Origin: Harriotta raleighana
Lineage: Eukaryota
NCBI GenBank assembly: GCA_050575255.1
Contig: JBNZDD010013550.1
Coordinates: 980,943-1,044,942 of the forward strand
DNA: 64,000 nt
Direction: 5' to 3'
The notes beneath the pieces were generated by a model. It did not search any database and was not told the DNA's origin. It saw nothing but the letters and a program-made list of their open reading frames with translations. Of the stretch, positions 35,304-48,702 are shown piece after piece. Numbering within the stretch: position 1 is the stretch's first letter; each line of letters opens with the position of its first letter. A program made the position numbers and the translations under genes.

Positions 35304-36017
35304 TTAGGAAGGTGTTCACTGGCTGCTTTCTGCCACATCACCAAGTTCAGGTCACTAAGTCCAATATTAGTAAGCCCACCATAGCACTTATTAATGTCAT
35401 CAACGTGTGTGATGACGCTATTAAGTGCAATTTACAGTAATGAGCTAAACTGTCACTCAATCAATGTCTTTGAGTTTTAACGGTGTGAGTTTTAACTGTA
35501 CACAAGACAGGACAATCTTGTTCACAATCAAAAAGGGAAGGAAATAACATGCATATTTATAATAGGGTGTCATGTCAAAACCACTGTAGACTAATTACCA
35601 TCAAGGGAATGGATTCTTAAATAATTAAAAATAATCCTGAATAATTCTTGCACTTGAAATAGCGCCTTTCAGTTGTGAAGGATGCCTCAAAGCTCTTCAC
35701 AGGATTTACTTAAAAGTGCAGTGATGGTAATTTGCTTTGCAAGTAAATGTCACATACATTTTGTGCACACGAAAATGCCACAGAGGCTCTAATGAAGTAA
35801 GTTTTACTTGGAGAATTGTTGGCCAAGAAAAAAAAACAGCCCTCACTCTTTCAATAAGAAGTCCCTCTCATCAGAGGTGGGATCTTGATTTAATGTTTCA
35901 TCCAAAAAATGCGATGCAATAGGGCTGACATTCAAATGTAACTCAAAATCCCAAGATGGGAACCACTTAGTTCACTGTACAGCCTGAGACTCCAATGTAT
36001 CTTTGGGCTTGAACATA

Positions 36018-36200
36018 CAGGAAGTCCTCAAGTTACGTCAGGGTTAGGTTCCTAAGATGTGGTGTAAGTCGAATTTGTATGTAAGTCGAGTCACCCCCCT
36101 ATAATGCTTACAGTAACATACAGTGATTGGTTGTAGTGTATAGTGGGCTGCTCTCTACCAATACTAACGGCCGAATTACCTCTATTATAACTCTTAATTA
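36018..36200 (-). mobile_element. Second copy (one end only) of the Tigger-like MITE at 42407, cut by n gap at 36201
   Basis: ta|caggaagtcctcaagttacgtcagggttaggttcctaagatgtggtgtaagtcgaatttgtatg is the reverse complement of 42860-42991. Confidence 0.88.
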
Positions 36201-36504
36201 NTGTTCTGACTCTTGAGACAGCAGTGTTACCAACTGACAATCTGACATGCAAGAAAATTCCCTGTGCCTTCCTCAATGAGTTTTAAAATGGATTTTTGAT
36301 GCTGTTAATAAGTACATGAGGAATGAGCTGTTTAAACAGGAAATTAATTACTTGTTGAGAAGTTTCATTTCGATAGTTTTAAGATGTTTCTTTTTTTATA
36401 GGGTGAAAATTACAAACTGTGATGTGCTAATTAACATTGGTGAGATATGTTGGCTGGCTTCAGGCCCAACTATTTCATTAATCATAATAGTAACAATCTT
36501 ACTG

Positions 36505-36702
36505 TTTCCTTACTCCACAGGCCTAAAAATAATCTCTCAAAAAAAAATTGATCATTTCAATCCACGACTGTTTGTGGGACTCTGCTGTGCACTGCGTTTT
36601 TCCCACAAATAAATACAGTCAATTCACTTTACAGTGTATTCTCTATATACTTCCAGATGTCTCAAAGCACTATATCAAATGCAAGCATTATTATTATTAT
36701 TA
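36505..36702 (+). mobile_element. Young Deu SINE 3' part
   Basis: tttccttactccac...tccacgactgtttgtgggac...caaatgcaagc(att)n. Confidence 0.8.
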
Positions 36703-37462
36703 TCTTTACATTTTATATAGTACCTTGCACACAAGGAGGATTTCCTCATAGGGCTTGACGGGATAATCTAGGAAGTGGTGTTTGTGACTGTGTATTTGCT
36801 GGCAAACACAGCAGTCAATTTGCACAGAGCAATAAGAAACAGGCAGGCACAAACAGGCAGTCGTTGAGTGACACATTTTATTTGGGCAATTCTTGGCTAG
36901 GACATTTGATGATGTTGGACAAAGAGTCATTCTTGCAGCTCAAACAATAAATTTAGACATCGACAGGGAGGAATTTTTAATGATGAGATAATTTAATTCA
37001 TTGTCGGGCAATCTTCAAACCATAAGGAGAAAATTAGTTCTGTGTTCTTGAGGTCCCAACAAGGGAAGTAAAGTTGCCCATAGAGAGAAGGAGCCCACAT
37101 TTGAATAGAGGATGAAAGCATATTATGGAGTTTGTGCTTCATTGTTTTGTGATTTCAGACAAATCATGGATAGAGTATTCACCCTCCAATAAATGGTATC
37201 CTTGTTAAGGTAAATCCTGCAATGCCTGTGGAGGTTGTGGGCTTGATGGGCTGCCTGGCTTTTTGATCTACACATATTTATGCCGTTAAATACAGCTGAA
37301 TTTCTATTGTCATGACGATTTAATTTGAACCTCAGGTTCTGTTCTAGACTTTCATATTGATAACTACAGGATGCTCACCAAACCAATGGCAAGCTATGTG
37401 GGTGTTAGCCAGTATTAAAATTGTAAATTATATTTGCCAGTTAAGCTCCAGCAGTACCATCA

Positions 37463-37488
37463 ACACACACACACACACACACACACAC
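37463..37488. repeat. (CA)n microsatellite
   Basis: Read directly. Confidence 0.95.
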
Positions 37489-38613
37489 GCACTGAAGTTA
37501 CCAAGCCTTTGACTCTCACCAATATATGCTTTGTTCCTTCCTGGAATTAGATAAACAGTGGGAGTCTCTCTTGGGAACGAGAGTTCGTTGCATTCCAAAC
37601 ACAGTAAAACTTCCAATATAGCACATGTGGACCTGCTCTAGTTTGGAAACTGCAAAGTATGTCAGTGGGTGGTTTCCATATGTGTCAAGACACCCGGCTC
37701 TAGCCCACCCCCAAAGAAAACATTGACATTACTTTTTGTTNCATAGCACATGTGGACCTGCTCTAGTTTGGAAACTGCAAAGTATGTCAGTGGGTGGTTT
37801 CCATATGTGTCAAGCCACCCGGCTCTAGCCCACCCCCAAAGAAAACATTGACATTACTTTTTGTTATGTTTCAACATCTTGCTTTTAGAAGAAAAAAAAC
37901 ACATACTTTTCTATATATTTTCTTCAGTAAAACCTGGCATTTCTAATTTTTTTTGCCTAACAAAAGCAGATTTGTGCCTGTGGGTGTGTCATTCTGATTA
38001 ATACAGAAATACTCCAACCGTCAAGCCATCTCCTTAGGGGCTTTCCTGCTCTGCAAAGTCAAGTTTTGGAGACGAAGATATGTTCAGGGCCCCTTTCACC
38101 AAATGTACCTGGCAGTGCCTCATTGGCCAGTGCAGAACTTGTGAGTTTCTGGTTAGTTGATTTGACTGCCCAGATTATTCAGTCTCCCAAATGCAATGCT
38201 GCAGCTGCGCTAAATTTTTTAAAGCTAAAAGCTGGAGGTTATTGTAAAAGAAAAGACTGGATGTACGACTCACTTTCGTATGTTTAAAACAAAAAGTAAG
38301 CAGGAAACTAACAAACAACCTGGAAAAACTAAGCAACAGAAAAATCCCACTGTTTCCCCCCCAACACCCACCCCAAGACTTGATGAGTCTTGATTGTGTT
38401 TGTAATAAGTACAGAAAAAGAGCTGTGTGCAATCAGCATTGAGGCTGAATTTAAGGACTGATCTCTTAAAATTCTGCATGCTGTTAAAATGTTATGGCAT
38501 CTGGTATTCAGTCTAATACTTGAACCTAAATCTAGACCGACACTCCACCACATTGTTAGGGGAGCAATTGTTGGAGGTGCCATCCTTCAGATGAGATACT
38601 AAACCGAGCTCCT

Positions 38614-38766
38614 ATAAGAACATAAGAATTAGGAGCAGGAGATTCAGCCCTTCGAGCCTGCCCCACCATTCAATAAGATCATGGCTGATCTTCTGACCTA
38701 ACTCCAATTACCTGCCCTATCCCCATATCCCCATATCCCTCTATTTTTAAAAAATCTATCAATCTC
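38614..38766 (-). mobile_element. CR1 3' end inserted in an old SINE (~38500-38998)
   Basis: ataagaacataagaattaggagcagg...cagcccttcgagcctgccccaccattcaataagatcatggctgatc is the reverse complement of the 29985 element. Confidence 0.85.
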
Positions 38767-41224
38767 ATGTGAAAGATTCCCTGGCTCTACTGAAAAACAG
38801 AAGGGAGTTTCTCCCAGTGTCCTAGACATAATCCCCCACGTAAAATTTGTCATTCACTTCATGAACATTGCTGTGTGCAAACTGCCCGCCACTTTGGCCT
38901 ACAAGGAGTCACTATACTTCACAGTAAAATCCGATGACATGCTTCCAGACACCTTGAGGACATGATAAGATTCTATAAGAAACGCAATGTTTGTTATTTA
39001 ATTTCAGTCCCTGATTTCAGCCCGGAGTGGATTCAGTCCTATCTGAACTATTCAATGCAAGCAGATAATTATTTTGGACATGAAAACGTCACCTCTTCCT
39101 TACCACTGCAGGTATGGCATCAGAACATAGCCACAACATTGCTAAACAGGAGCAACTCAGCTATGATTAATCTAACCTTCTTAGTAAGAACTGGGGCTGA
39201 TCATCAACGCCTAGCGTTAGTGCTACAAGTGAGATTGAGGTTCAAGCTGTGATTCAGGAGAAGTCTTCACTGAAGGAACAGTATGTGAAAATTGCACGGT
39301 TCTGCAGGGTTTTTAAACTCTTAAAATCGCCTTCAATTGTAACACAGTTCCTTCAATGTTTAATCATTGAAAGTAGGCATTCCTGTAAGATTGGCATGTT
39401 TTTCCTGCCTGTTGATAAAAAAAATCCCTTTATTAAATTCCAGGCCTAAGGGGTGCTGATCCATTGTTTTTTCACATCCTTCTGTTATACAGTCTGTGGC
39501 TGTTTGAAGGCCAACATTTTCTTTCAACACGAAGCTGAGTCACTAGACATTAGTGGGACATAATCATGCTGAGTTCCACACATTCAAAAAGGCGACAAAA
39601 GCAGAGGCAGAAGGCTTTTTCCATGAAGATCAGCTGTCCTTGCTCACATCAAGATTCTCCAAATCTGCCAATATTTAGGCAATGTTTATGGGGGATAAAT
39701 TTAATTTGTGGTATAGCTTATCTAACGTCATCGGGTGGCAAGATATCCTTCCTAGTTTCTTTCTTTTCAGGCCTTACTTAACACCTGCCGTCTCTGCTCA
39801 ATCCGAGGTGGACACCATTTTTTAAAAATCCTAGAAATGTTAGACCCTACATTAAATTCTAAGTTATTGTGAGTGAGTTTTGTAAGTTATTTATTTTCCC
39901 ATGTTGATTGGGACTTGGGACTTCCTCCTGACATGAAAGACGCTATGCAAACGTAATTTGTTGCCGTTGTTGTTGGATCTACTGAGGACGGCTTAAATAC
40001 AGTCTTGTTGGCCATAAATTTTCACCAAAGAGCCTCACCCTGGCCTGGGCCAAACCACCTCAATGGGTTAAAAATTTCTGGAACTCTACTGTCCTGACAT
40101 TGGTCCAATTTCAGGAACCAGTTGGGTTGGTTGGTGTTGAGAGTAAATCCTCCGCCTGACTACATTTAGCCCTTTCCACTCTTATTCATGGATTGATTTC
40201 TCCCTTGTTCCAGAGAAGTTCCTGGTGCTCAGTGACGAAACAGCACAAATTGCGACACTCCCGGCCAACACACAGCCAATAAATGTCCCGTGGAGCTTTT
40301 CCACAAAACCTCAAGAATGTATAAAGGAAACCACATTCACTGGTAAAAGTCCAAACCTTGGATGAACTTTGTACATTAGTCTAGCCCAGCTGATAGTCCT
40401 CTCATCTACAAATCAGAAGGTTGTGGGTTCAAGTCCCACATTGGGACTTTGAGTTTATCGTCCAGACTGACATTCCAATGCAGTGCTTGGATGCTCCTCG
40501 GGATCAAAGATGTCTTACTTCAGGTGAGGTGCTCAATCTTCCATTTATTTTATCTTCTAGATGTCACTTTGAGACGCCTAGAAGAAGTGAAAAGCACTAT
40601 ATCAAATGCAAGGATTCTTCTTTTTATTTTAAGGAAGAGCAAAAGTTGGCTTTTAACTTAAGAATGAATTTATTTCTCATGAATCGCAAAGTGAATTCTC
40701 ACTTCTTACCCTTGGAGCCAACTGCACTGCATAAGCACCAAAGTTATTAAAGGAAATAAATGCAAGACTGGTACATAGATCATTGTGAAAGGTGACACAA
40801 CAAACCGATGGCAGCAGATGGACTGTGGAAGATCCGTCACTACCAAGAACCACGGTCCATTAAGACTTATCTGAGCCCCAGGTAAATCAAGAATCTTCTG
40901 CATTCATGGGCTGTGAAATTGTGATCCCGCATAACAGTTTGGGAATATTAAAATGCAAGTTACACACGGATAGAGATGTAGTCATTTTATTCAATGAGCA
41001 CTGATGGATTCTAACACTTTTGACAGATCCATTATTGTTCAATCTGGGGAAATGAAAACTCAGCCTCATGTTAATAAGCAGCAGAGGATATGGTTTCCAA
41101 GTCGATGTACAGAATGGCCCATATTTAAATATCCTTTACGGGCAGGTTCAGTGTCCAAGCCAGCTTTCAAACTGCATGTTTTTTTTTTGTTCGATTTCAT
41201 TACCTCATTGGAGAAAAATCTGTG

Positions 41225-41635
41225 TAGGCTCTGTAGTCAGCTGCAGCACACATTAACTTGGCCACTTATTTAAAAAGAACTCTTGAGCTCACAGTCTAGG
41301 CCGAACTCCAGGACAGTGCGGGTGCCCTACACTGTGGGAGATATCGTCCTTTTTAAAATTTGTACGTTAAACTGAGGAGCCCAAAGCCTTCCCTCCCTCC
41401 CCCCCAACATCTGCCTGTTCTAGCGAACATTAAAGATTCAGAGCCACTATTAAAAAAAGAGAAGGGAGTTTCTCTCGGCATCATTAATCTCAGGGCTGTT
41501 TATGGGACATTGTTTTACACAAATTGGCTATCCTGTTTAGCCTACAAATACACAAACATTACATTTAACAGTAATTACTTGTGGTGCGCTTTGAGATGTT
41601 TCCACATTATTAGGCACTGAACCAAATGCAAGGAG
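41225..41635 (+). mobile_element. Old decayed Deu SINE
   Basis: ttgagctcacagtctagg...gaagggagtttctct...gctgtttatgggacattg...caaatgcaagga. Confidence 0.6.
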
Positions 41636-42202
41636 TTTTACGGAAGAAATTACAAAATACTTCACCAAATGATACAAATGTTACAAATGCCTACCTTGCA
41701 GGAAATACTGTCGTTATAAAATAAACTGAACCCCTTTCAAAGAAAACTCATCCTTTTTGAGTGTTTGTTGTGGAGGAAAAGATTTCATCAACGCGTGGGA
41801 AAGCCTGTAAGAGCTTTGGATCAGTCGGAAGGATGATTGGGGTCACACACCTTAAAAATTATTGTACAAAGTAAGGACACGGGAAAGAGAAAACATAACT
41901 CCTTCAAACAAAGATATTTCCCAACGCAAATGAATTGGTAAAAGGTTTACAGTGTTTTGTTCTGAAAGTACTCCAAAGCACTTTCTTCTTCAACAATCCT
42001 TGCATTTGATCCAGTATCTATGTAAAACTATCTCAAAGCGCTTCACAGGTAATTGCTGTCAAGTGTAGTGATTGTACTTCAGTCTTTCCACCTTGCACCT
42101 ACCACAAATCCCGCATGAAAACCACCCCCCTCAACCGTGCTTATGGCCACCTCCCCCAAATCCCCCACCCAGCCGGGTGGAGGGCGCTATATGAGTGCAT
42201 GT

Positions 42203-42383
42203 TCATAGAATCATACAGCACAGAAGGAGCCCATTGTATCTGCTCCGGCTCCCAAAAGAGCAATCCAATTCCATCCCCCTGACCCACTTTCTCTCCACTA
42301 CCCTTGAATCTTGTCCTCCCCAAATACCCATCTATTTCACACTTAAAAGTTGTTATTGAACCAGCTTCCACTACCCTTTCAGG
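42203..42383 (-). mobile_element. CR1 3' end fragment
   Basis: catagaatcatacagcacagaaggag tail; minus frame EAGSITTFKCEIDGYL is typical of the CR1 ORF2 terminus. Confidence 0.8.
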
Positions 42384-42406
42384 TATCCTTTCATGTTGTT
42401 GTTATA

Positions 42407-42991
42407 CAGGCAGTCCTCAAGTTACGACGTTCCGAGGTACGACAATTCGAAGTTACGACACTTAATATCAGTAAAATTACGTCCGAGTTACATCCAAAGT
42501 CTCGAAGTTACGACACTACTATGTAAATACTTGAGTTCCCCCACGTGCGATAGAAAACTGGAGTCGCCGCTCTCAACACTTACGGGACCACGATAAGCGT
42601 TCAGGACAGGACCAGGATGGAGGCGAGACACGAGTGTGTACTGTACAGGTACTGTGTGAGTCTGTGAACTCGGCCGTACAGTACTCTCGAGCCTTTAGAC
42701 GGTGCGCTACGTCACGTGTGATCTCCTGCGTTGCGCTACGTCACGTGTGATCTCCTGTGTTGCGCTACATCGAGTGCCATACTCACAATGAAGCCATGTA
42801 AGTACATAGTAATATTTTATTTTATTTACAGAACTGTACATATTAGGAGGGGTGCAGGGGAGAGAGGGCAGCTGACTAGACACTACAACCAATCACTGTA
42901 AGCATTATAGGGGGTTGACTCGATTTACATACAAATTCGACTTACACCACATCTTAGGAACCTAACCCTGACGTAACTTGAGGACTGCCTG
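42407..42991. mobile_element. Intact 585-bp non-autonomous Tigger/pogo-like (Tc1/mariner superfamily) MITE
   Basis: Perfect 20-bp TIR caggcagtcctcaagttacg (42407-42426) / cgtaacttgaggactgcctg (42972-42991). TA TSDs at 42405-42406 and 42992-42993. Subterminal aagttacgac repeats. Confidence 0.93.
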
Positions 42992-43087
42992 TACTTGCAG
43001 GCGAATGAGAAGTGGGCCTCATCAGGCTGCACTGTTTGTAAGAGCAAGGAGGAAGGCAGAGATAGCACAAGGCTTCACTCACGCTTC

Positions 43088-43368
43088 GTTTTCAAATCCC
43101 TCCACTCCTCTGCACCCCCCTACCTCTCTGACTACCTCTCCCCCCTACCACTATGCCCCGAGGCTCTGGAACTCCCTTCCTTACTCACTTCACTTCGCCC
43201 CCTCCTTTTCTATTTTGAGATCACGGCTGAAGACCTTTCTTTTTGACCACGCTTTTGTCCACCTTTTCCCCCTCCCTCTGGCTCAGCCCCGGGATCCGTT
43301 ATTGTGAAGTGCTCTGAGACGCCTTCTGGCATGGAGTGTGCTACATAAATCCAAATTGTTGTTGTTGA
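43088..43368 (+). mobile_element. L2 LINE 3' fragment (second tail subtype)
   Basis: ttcaaatccctccac...ctctggaactcccttcc...gctctgagacgccttctggcatggagtgtgctacataaatccaaattgttgttgtt. Confidence 0.8.
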
Positions 43369-43567
43369 TTACTCTTTCTCTGGTGGTTCAAATGACTCTG
43401 AATTCTAAGGACTCTTCACTGAGTGGATCTACCAGTGATCGGAGCAGCAGCGTTACACAAGGTTTAACTATCGCTCTTCAACAGAGCGTTGGTATATTTA
43501 CTGTTCCACCCAAACTTCAGTTCAGAAATACGAAATAAACGAATGGTTCAAACATCTATTGTGAAAG

Positions 43568-43890
43568 AATAATAATAATAATAATAATCCTTGTATTTGA
43601 TATAGCGCTTTTCGCATCTTATCAACGTCCCAAAGCGCTTCACAGAGTATACTGTGAAGTGAATTGACTGTATATTTGTGGGCGGAACGCGGCAGCCAAT
43701 TGCGCACAGCAGTGTCCCACAAACAGTCGTGGATTGAAATGACCAATTTTATTATTGTGGTTTTTTTGGAGGGATTATTATTAGGCATGTGGAGTAAGGA
43801 AACTTGCCCAAGGTTTCGCCCTGATCTGCCTGGATTCGAACACAGGTCTCATGCTTGTAAGGCATGTAAGGCAAGTGCTCTAACCACTCA
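43568..43890 (-). mobile_element. Very young tRNA/Deu SINE (duplicated-head subfamily)
   Basis: Near-identical reverse complement of 31804-32146, including cttgtaaggcatgtaaggc. Confidence 0.93.
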
Positions 43891-44380
43891 GTGGCTCCTG
43901 TTCCTCTCAATACTTGAGATGGAAATCTTTACGAGAACCTGACTTCTAGCTTTGACTTGCGACCGCTAGGAAGGTGGAAAGCGAACTATGTGGACCTCGT
44001 TTTTTTATTGCCGAGCATTTCCTTTGTTCTTATGACTTGCATTCTTTAACCCTTTGTGTTGTTAAAATCTAATTGATGCAGCAATCTCACATCTGTACCT
44101 GTCTGGTCTGTGCAAGAAAAAGACAGAAGCAATGGGCGTGGCATTGGCTAGTTTGCACTCAAGATTGCTTGAAGAATAAAATCTGTACTCCACTTAGTTC
44201 TAGGTCACTTAAATGTCCCCACTGCAATTTGTCTTAAAAACCATCACAAATAACCTTCTGGACCCAAAAATGAAAATGGGAAGCTGTGTTGCTCCCCCAA
44301 ATCTTACAACAACAACTTGAATTCATAAAGAAAGCACTCTTTACGCAGGTTAGTGTTGGTGTGTGAATGACTATATATTT

Positions 44381-44680
44381 GTCCTGTAGCTCGGTGGTTG
44401 GAGCACTCATCTTGCAAGCGAGAGACCTGGGTTCAATTTCAGGTAGGACGAAAGCTTGGGCAAGTTTCCTTATTCCATACGTCTAATAATAATAAGCCAT
44501 TTAAATATTTTTAAAATCGGTCATTTAAATCCACGACTGCTTGTGAGACACTGCTGTGTGCAATTGGCTGACACATTTCGACCACAATTATACAATCAAT
44601 TCACTTTACAGTATAATCTGTGAAGCACTTATAGACGTCTAGAAGACATGAAAATGCACTATGTCAAATTCAAAGATTAT
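44381..44680 (+). mobile_element. tRNA/Deu SINE
   Basis: gtcctgtagctcggtggttggagc...gggttcaatttc head, Deu core and tail. Confidence 0.88.
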
Positions 44681-45379
44681 ATGTGACCTGACAACCCTGA
44701 CGTCAGCCATTTTCTTTAGCCTGGGAAGCGGGTTAGGCAGCACTGAGAGTCAGGCAGCACATCTGGCATCAGCAAACCAGCCACAGCAGATCAGCACTCA
44801 AAGCTAAACTAGTACATTATATAAAATTATTTAACATAAATGATTTATTTCATTCTGACCTAAACTCCTTTTTGCAACATGTTAAACTTTAGAAATGCAA
44901 GTGGAATTCATTGGAGCCTTTTTGTTGCACTTACAAAAAAAGTTCCCCTCTCTTTGCTCCAATAATGACTATGTCATGTCACAGCTTGAATCTCAGAGAC
45001 ACACGGCTCACCTTCTCCTTTCAACTCATGACATGATGTGCCGGGCAACGTCGTGAGATCAGTGTTGAAAGCCTCTCCGAGCAGCAGTTAACTCAGCTCC
45101 CAAACCAGTTACAATTATCGCTGACCTACACCAACTTGCATAAAATTTCTACAGAAGCGTAAAGCCCTGGGGGATGCTGAGTGGGAACCAGACATTAATA
45201 GTAATAACTTACATTTATACAGTCTTTCAAGTAAAATACCTCTCAAAGCACTTAACAAAATGTGACTGATTAGAAACTGGAGTGATTATATTCGCAAATG
45301 TGGCAGCTAATCTGCACTTGTCCCATAAACAGCATGTGGACAGGTAGCTAATTAATGTGACCTTTGACGTTAGATTTGT

Positions 45380-45895
45380 GTGTCAGTTGACAGTTCTCTT
45401 GCCTCTGATTCAGAAGGTTAGCGACTGTCTTTGGGTCTTTCAATTCACATGGTCTAAGTTGATCCCACAATACAGCGCCGGGAGGGGGGGTTTTGCACTG
45501 TTAAGAGGAACTATCCTTTGGATGAGACCTTAAATTGAGGTCCACACTACTTATTCAGGTAGAGGTTAAAGATCCTATCAAAGCTACTTGGAAAGAGAAG
45601 GGAGTTTCTCTCATTGTCACTGCTGTGTGCAATCGGATGCCGCGTTTCGCCCACAAAGATATCGTCAATTCACTTTACAATATATCCTGTGAAGCGCTTT
45701 GAGACATCTAGAAGACGTCAAATGCAAGGATTATTATTATTATTATTGTTATTATTGTCCTGACCAAACATCCTTCACAATTGGTCACTTGCTTCATGGC
45801 TGTGTGTAAGGCAGCTTCCATATTCACTACAATAAAACACCACCAGTCACTGCACCTCACAACGACATCCCAAGTGAAGTATTTTGAGACAGCCT
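45380..45895 (+). mobile_element. Old Deu SINE containing a 5'-truncated young SINE (~45619-45758) flanked by an attgtc direct repeat
   Basis: gggagtttctctcATTGTC|actgctgtgtgc...ttattATTGTC|ctgacc. Confidence 0.7.
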
Positions 45896-45906
45896 AATCC
45901 TAAATG

Positions 45907-46291
45907 GAGACCTGTAGTTCAGTGTAGCAAGTTAGAACACTTGCCTGGCAAGCAAAAGACCTGGGCTCGATTCTTGGCAGGGTGAAAACTTAGGCAAGTT
46001 TTCTTGTTCCACACGCCTAATCATAATCCCTCCAAAACAACAATAGCTTTGGTCACTTCAATCCACGACTGTTTGTGGGGATGCTGNCTGTAGTTCAGTG
46101 CAGCAAGTTAGAACACTTGCCTGGCAAGCAAAAGACCTGGGCTCGATTCTTGGCAGGGTGAAAACTTGGGCAGGTTTTCTTGTTCCACACAACAATAGCT
46201 TTGGTCACTTCAATCCACGACTGTTTGTGGGGATGCTGCTGTGCGCAATTGGCTGCCGGGTTTCACCCATGAATTATTATTATTATTATTA
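45907..46291 (+). mobile_element. tRNA/Deu SINE, head duplicated across n at 46087
   Basis: 45912-46086 is repeated after the n, with indels. Confidence 0.8.
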
Positions 46292-47189
46292 TCCTCCTAC
46301 TGTGAAAAACGCTTCAATGGACCAAGGTCTTCTCACTTGCCAAGACAAGCTTGCTAAGGCCTGCGCTACTCTTAGATCCTTGTATACTGTATTTCAATGA
46401 GGTGCACATTTAATCGGCATATAGTAAAGACTGGATTGGCACAAGGACAATTAAGTGACCAATAATGAGTCAGCTGTTTCCCTTGGTTTAGAAGAGAGGA
46501 AACAGTCTTTGTTCCTAGGTGCCTGTAGTCTTGATAGTACAAAGCTTCTGGGCGAGTCATTTAACGAAACCCCAAAACACAGGTTAATATTACAGCTTGT
46601 GAATGAAGGAGCTGCGGTAGTTTATGTACTGAGAACACTCCATTACAGACACCGTTTAGGTTGGAGACTGCAGTTTAATTTGTTCTGTGAGGCCCAGAGT
46701 AATTACAGTGCAAAAGATTCTCTTGTTCCTACAACCCTGGGCTTCCCAACTCTCCTGAGCGCTGCCTCTTCAGGGACTGTAAGGCAGACATGCATTATCC
46801 AAACAGGCTAATCTGAAACAGATGGAGAGTTTAACGGTACATTCCAACGTAATGACAATGAGCTCACATTACAGGCACTGGAAGCCAAGCCCCCTCTGGA
46901 AGGCAAGCAGTTTACTGGTGTGTCTTTCTGTCTGTGGACTAGTTGTGAATGTGTGTCTGAGTGTGAGAGAGAATTGAAATGAGACGCTCTGATCATTCCA
47001 ACTTACTAACTGGGAAAGGGCTGACTTGCAGCAGTACAAAACTCATATGAAAGATTTACATTGAAACATGCATGGATCTGGATTTTCCAATGGGAAACGT
47101 TTTGTATTCTCAATAGTATCCACACAAAGTCTTAAGGGTTTGATTCCCCAAAGAGAGTGAAAAAGAGCCTATAATGTTCAATGGTGGGA

Positions 47190-47740
47190 TCATGGAATCT
47201 TATGACACAAAAGGAGGTCATTCGGCCCATCGAGTCTGTGCCGGCTCTTTGAAAAGAGCAACTCGATCCTACTTCCCAGCTCTGTCCCCATAACTGCGCA
47301 AACCCGTCCTCCCCAAATAAACGTCTATCTCTCTTTTAAAGGGTGTTATCGAATCAGCCTCCATCACCTTTAGGCAATGCATTCCAGATTCGAACAACTC
47401 GCCGAGTGAAAACATTTCTCACCTCCCCTCTGCTTCTTTTAGAAACTATTTTAAATCTGTGACCTCGGGTCACTGACACACCCACCAGTGGAAACAGTTT
47501 TTCTCCGTTTAACCTATTAAATCCCCTCATGATCTTGAAAACCTCTATTAGGTCTCCTCGTAACCTTCTCTGTTGCAATGAGAATGAACTTAGCCTCTCT
47601 AGCCTTTCCTCATAACTGAAGTCCCTCATTCCTGGTACCATTCTAGTAAATCTCCTTGGCATCCTTTCCATTGCCTTAACATCCTTCCTAAAGTGTGGTG
47701 ACCAGAATTGAACACAGTACTCCAGCTGAGGTCTAACCAA
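47190..47740 (-). mobile_element. CR1 LINE ORF2 C-terminal fragment plus 3'UTR
   Basis: VRPQLEYCVQFWSPHFRKDVKAMERMPRRFTRMVPGMRDFSYEERLERL...RRLRGDLIEVFKIM is a classic CR1 ORF2 C-terminus. Confidence 0.95.
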
Positions 47741-48702
47741 AGATCAACTTGCTTGTTCCTGCTTTTCTCAATTTTATTTAGGTGGGCAAGACACCTTTTG
47801 TAAAAAAAAATGCTACTGACAGGCCTATTTCAAAGAAGATAGTTCAACATCTAGGGAAAAGAAGATTGCTCAAACACCATTAGCTTGAACTACAGTATGG
47901 TTCAGTCTTGGCACCATTTTGAATTCACATGGTTTAAGCTGTCATTCCAATATAGTCTTTTTTTTAAAAAGGGGGACGAATTCTGGAAATGTACCAATAA
48001 ATTCAGTCTTCATTTGGAACGTTTAGTTCGGCCGCAGTTCTTAAAAAGCAGCAGCTTCTAAAATTACCTCTGGATTCAAAATTTCTCCACCATTTCTGGG
48101 GAATCTAGAAACTTTTGTCGAAAGAACTTTCACCCAATTCACTTTAGAGTATAGTTTGTGAAGTGCGTTGAGACGTCCTGATGACATGATAAGGCGCTTA
48201 TATGCACATTATTATAAAATGGTCTTTCCGGGCTAAGAGCTAGTGAAATATCAGGCATTCAGAGGTGAGAATAGAGACGGTTGTGCTGAGGTTACTGACG
48301 TGTACACTCACTCCTCGTACTTGGCTCGCTTTGAATGCAGCGTTGCCACCTGCTTGTCTTTGTTGGTGTCCTTGAAGCCAGCTGTGAGCTGTGGGGGCCA
48401 CCGTTGCTGAAGGCTGTCACGCAGAGTTGCAGTGCGAGGAGCTGGGTCATTCACTCAGCCAAACCAAGCTTTGGCTTTGGTGTGAATGAGATGCATGAAA
48501 AAAATCAGGCAGATCCATCTGCTGTATCTAAGAAAATGCTACCTGCACTAACCCATCAAATGTCAGCTTATTCTTTTGACTGAGCTTTTGGCCAACACTC
48601 CACCCTCATTTCTTCCCGTGCCCCACCCACCAGCACCATTCTCCAACCTACTCAGGCTTCCATTCAGTCTCTGTAAAGAGTTCCCAGACATTTCCCCTCG
48701 TG

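Noticed and set aside
47354-47740. 128-aa ORF as a host gene or active retrotransposon
   Set aside because: It is only the 5'-truncated C-terminus of CR1 ORF2, with no endonuclease or RT core.
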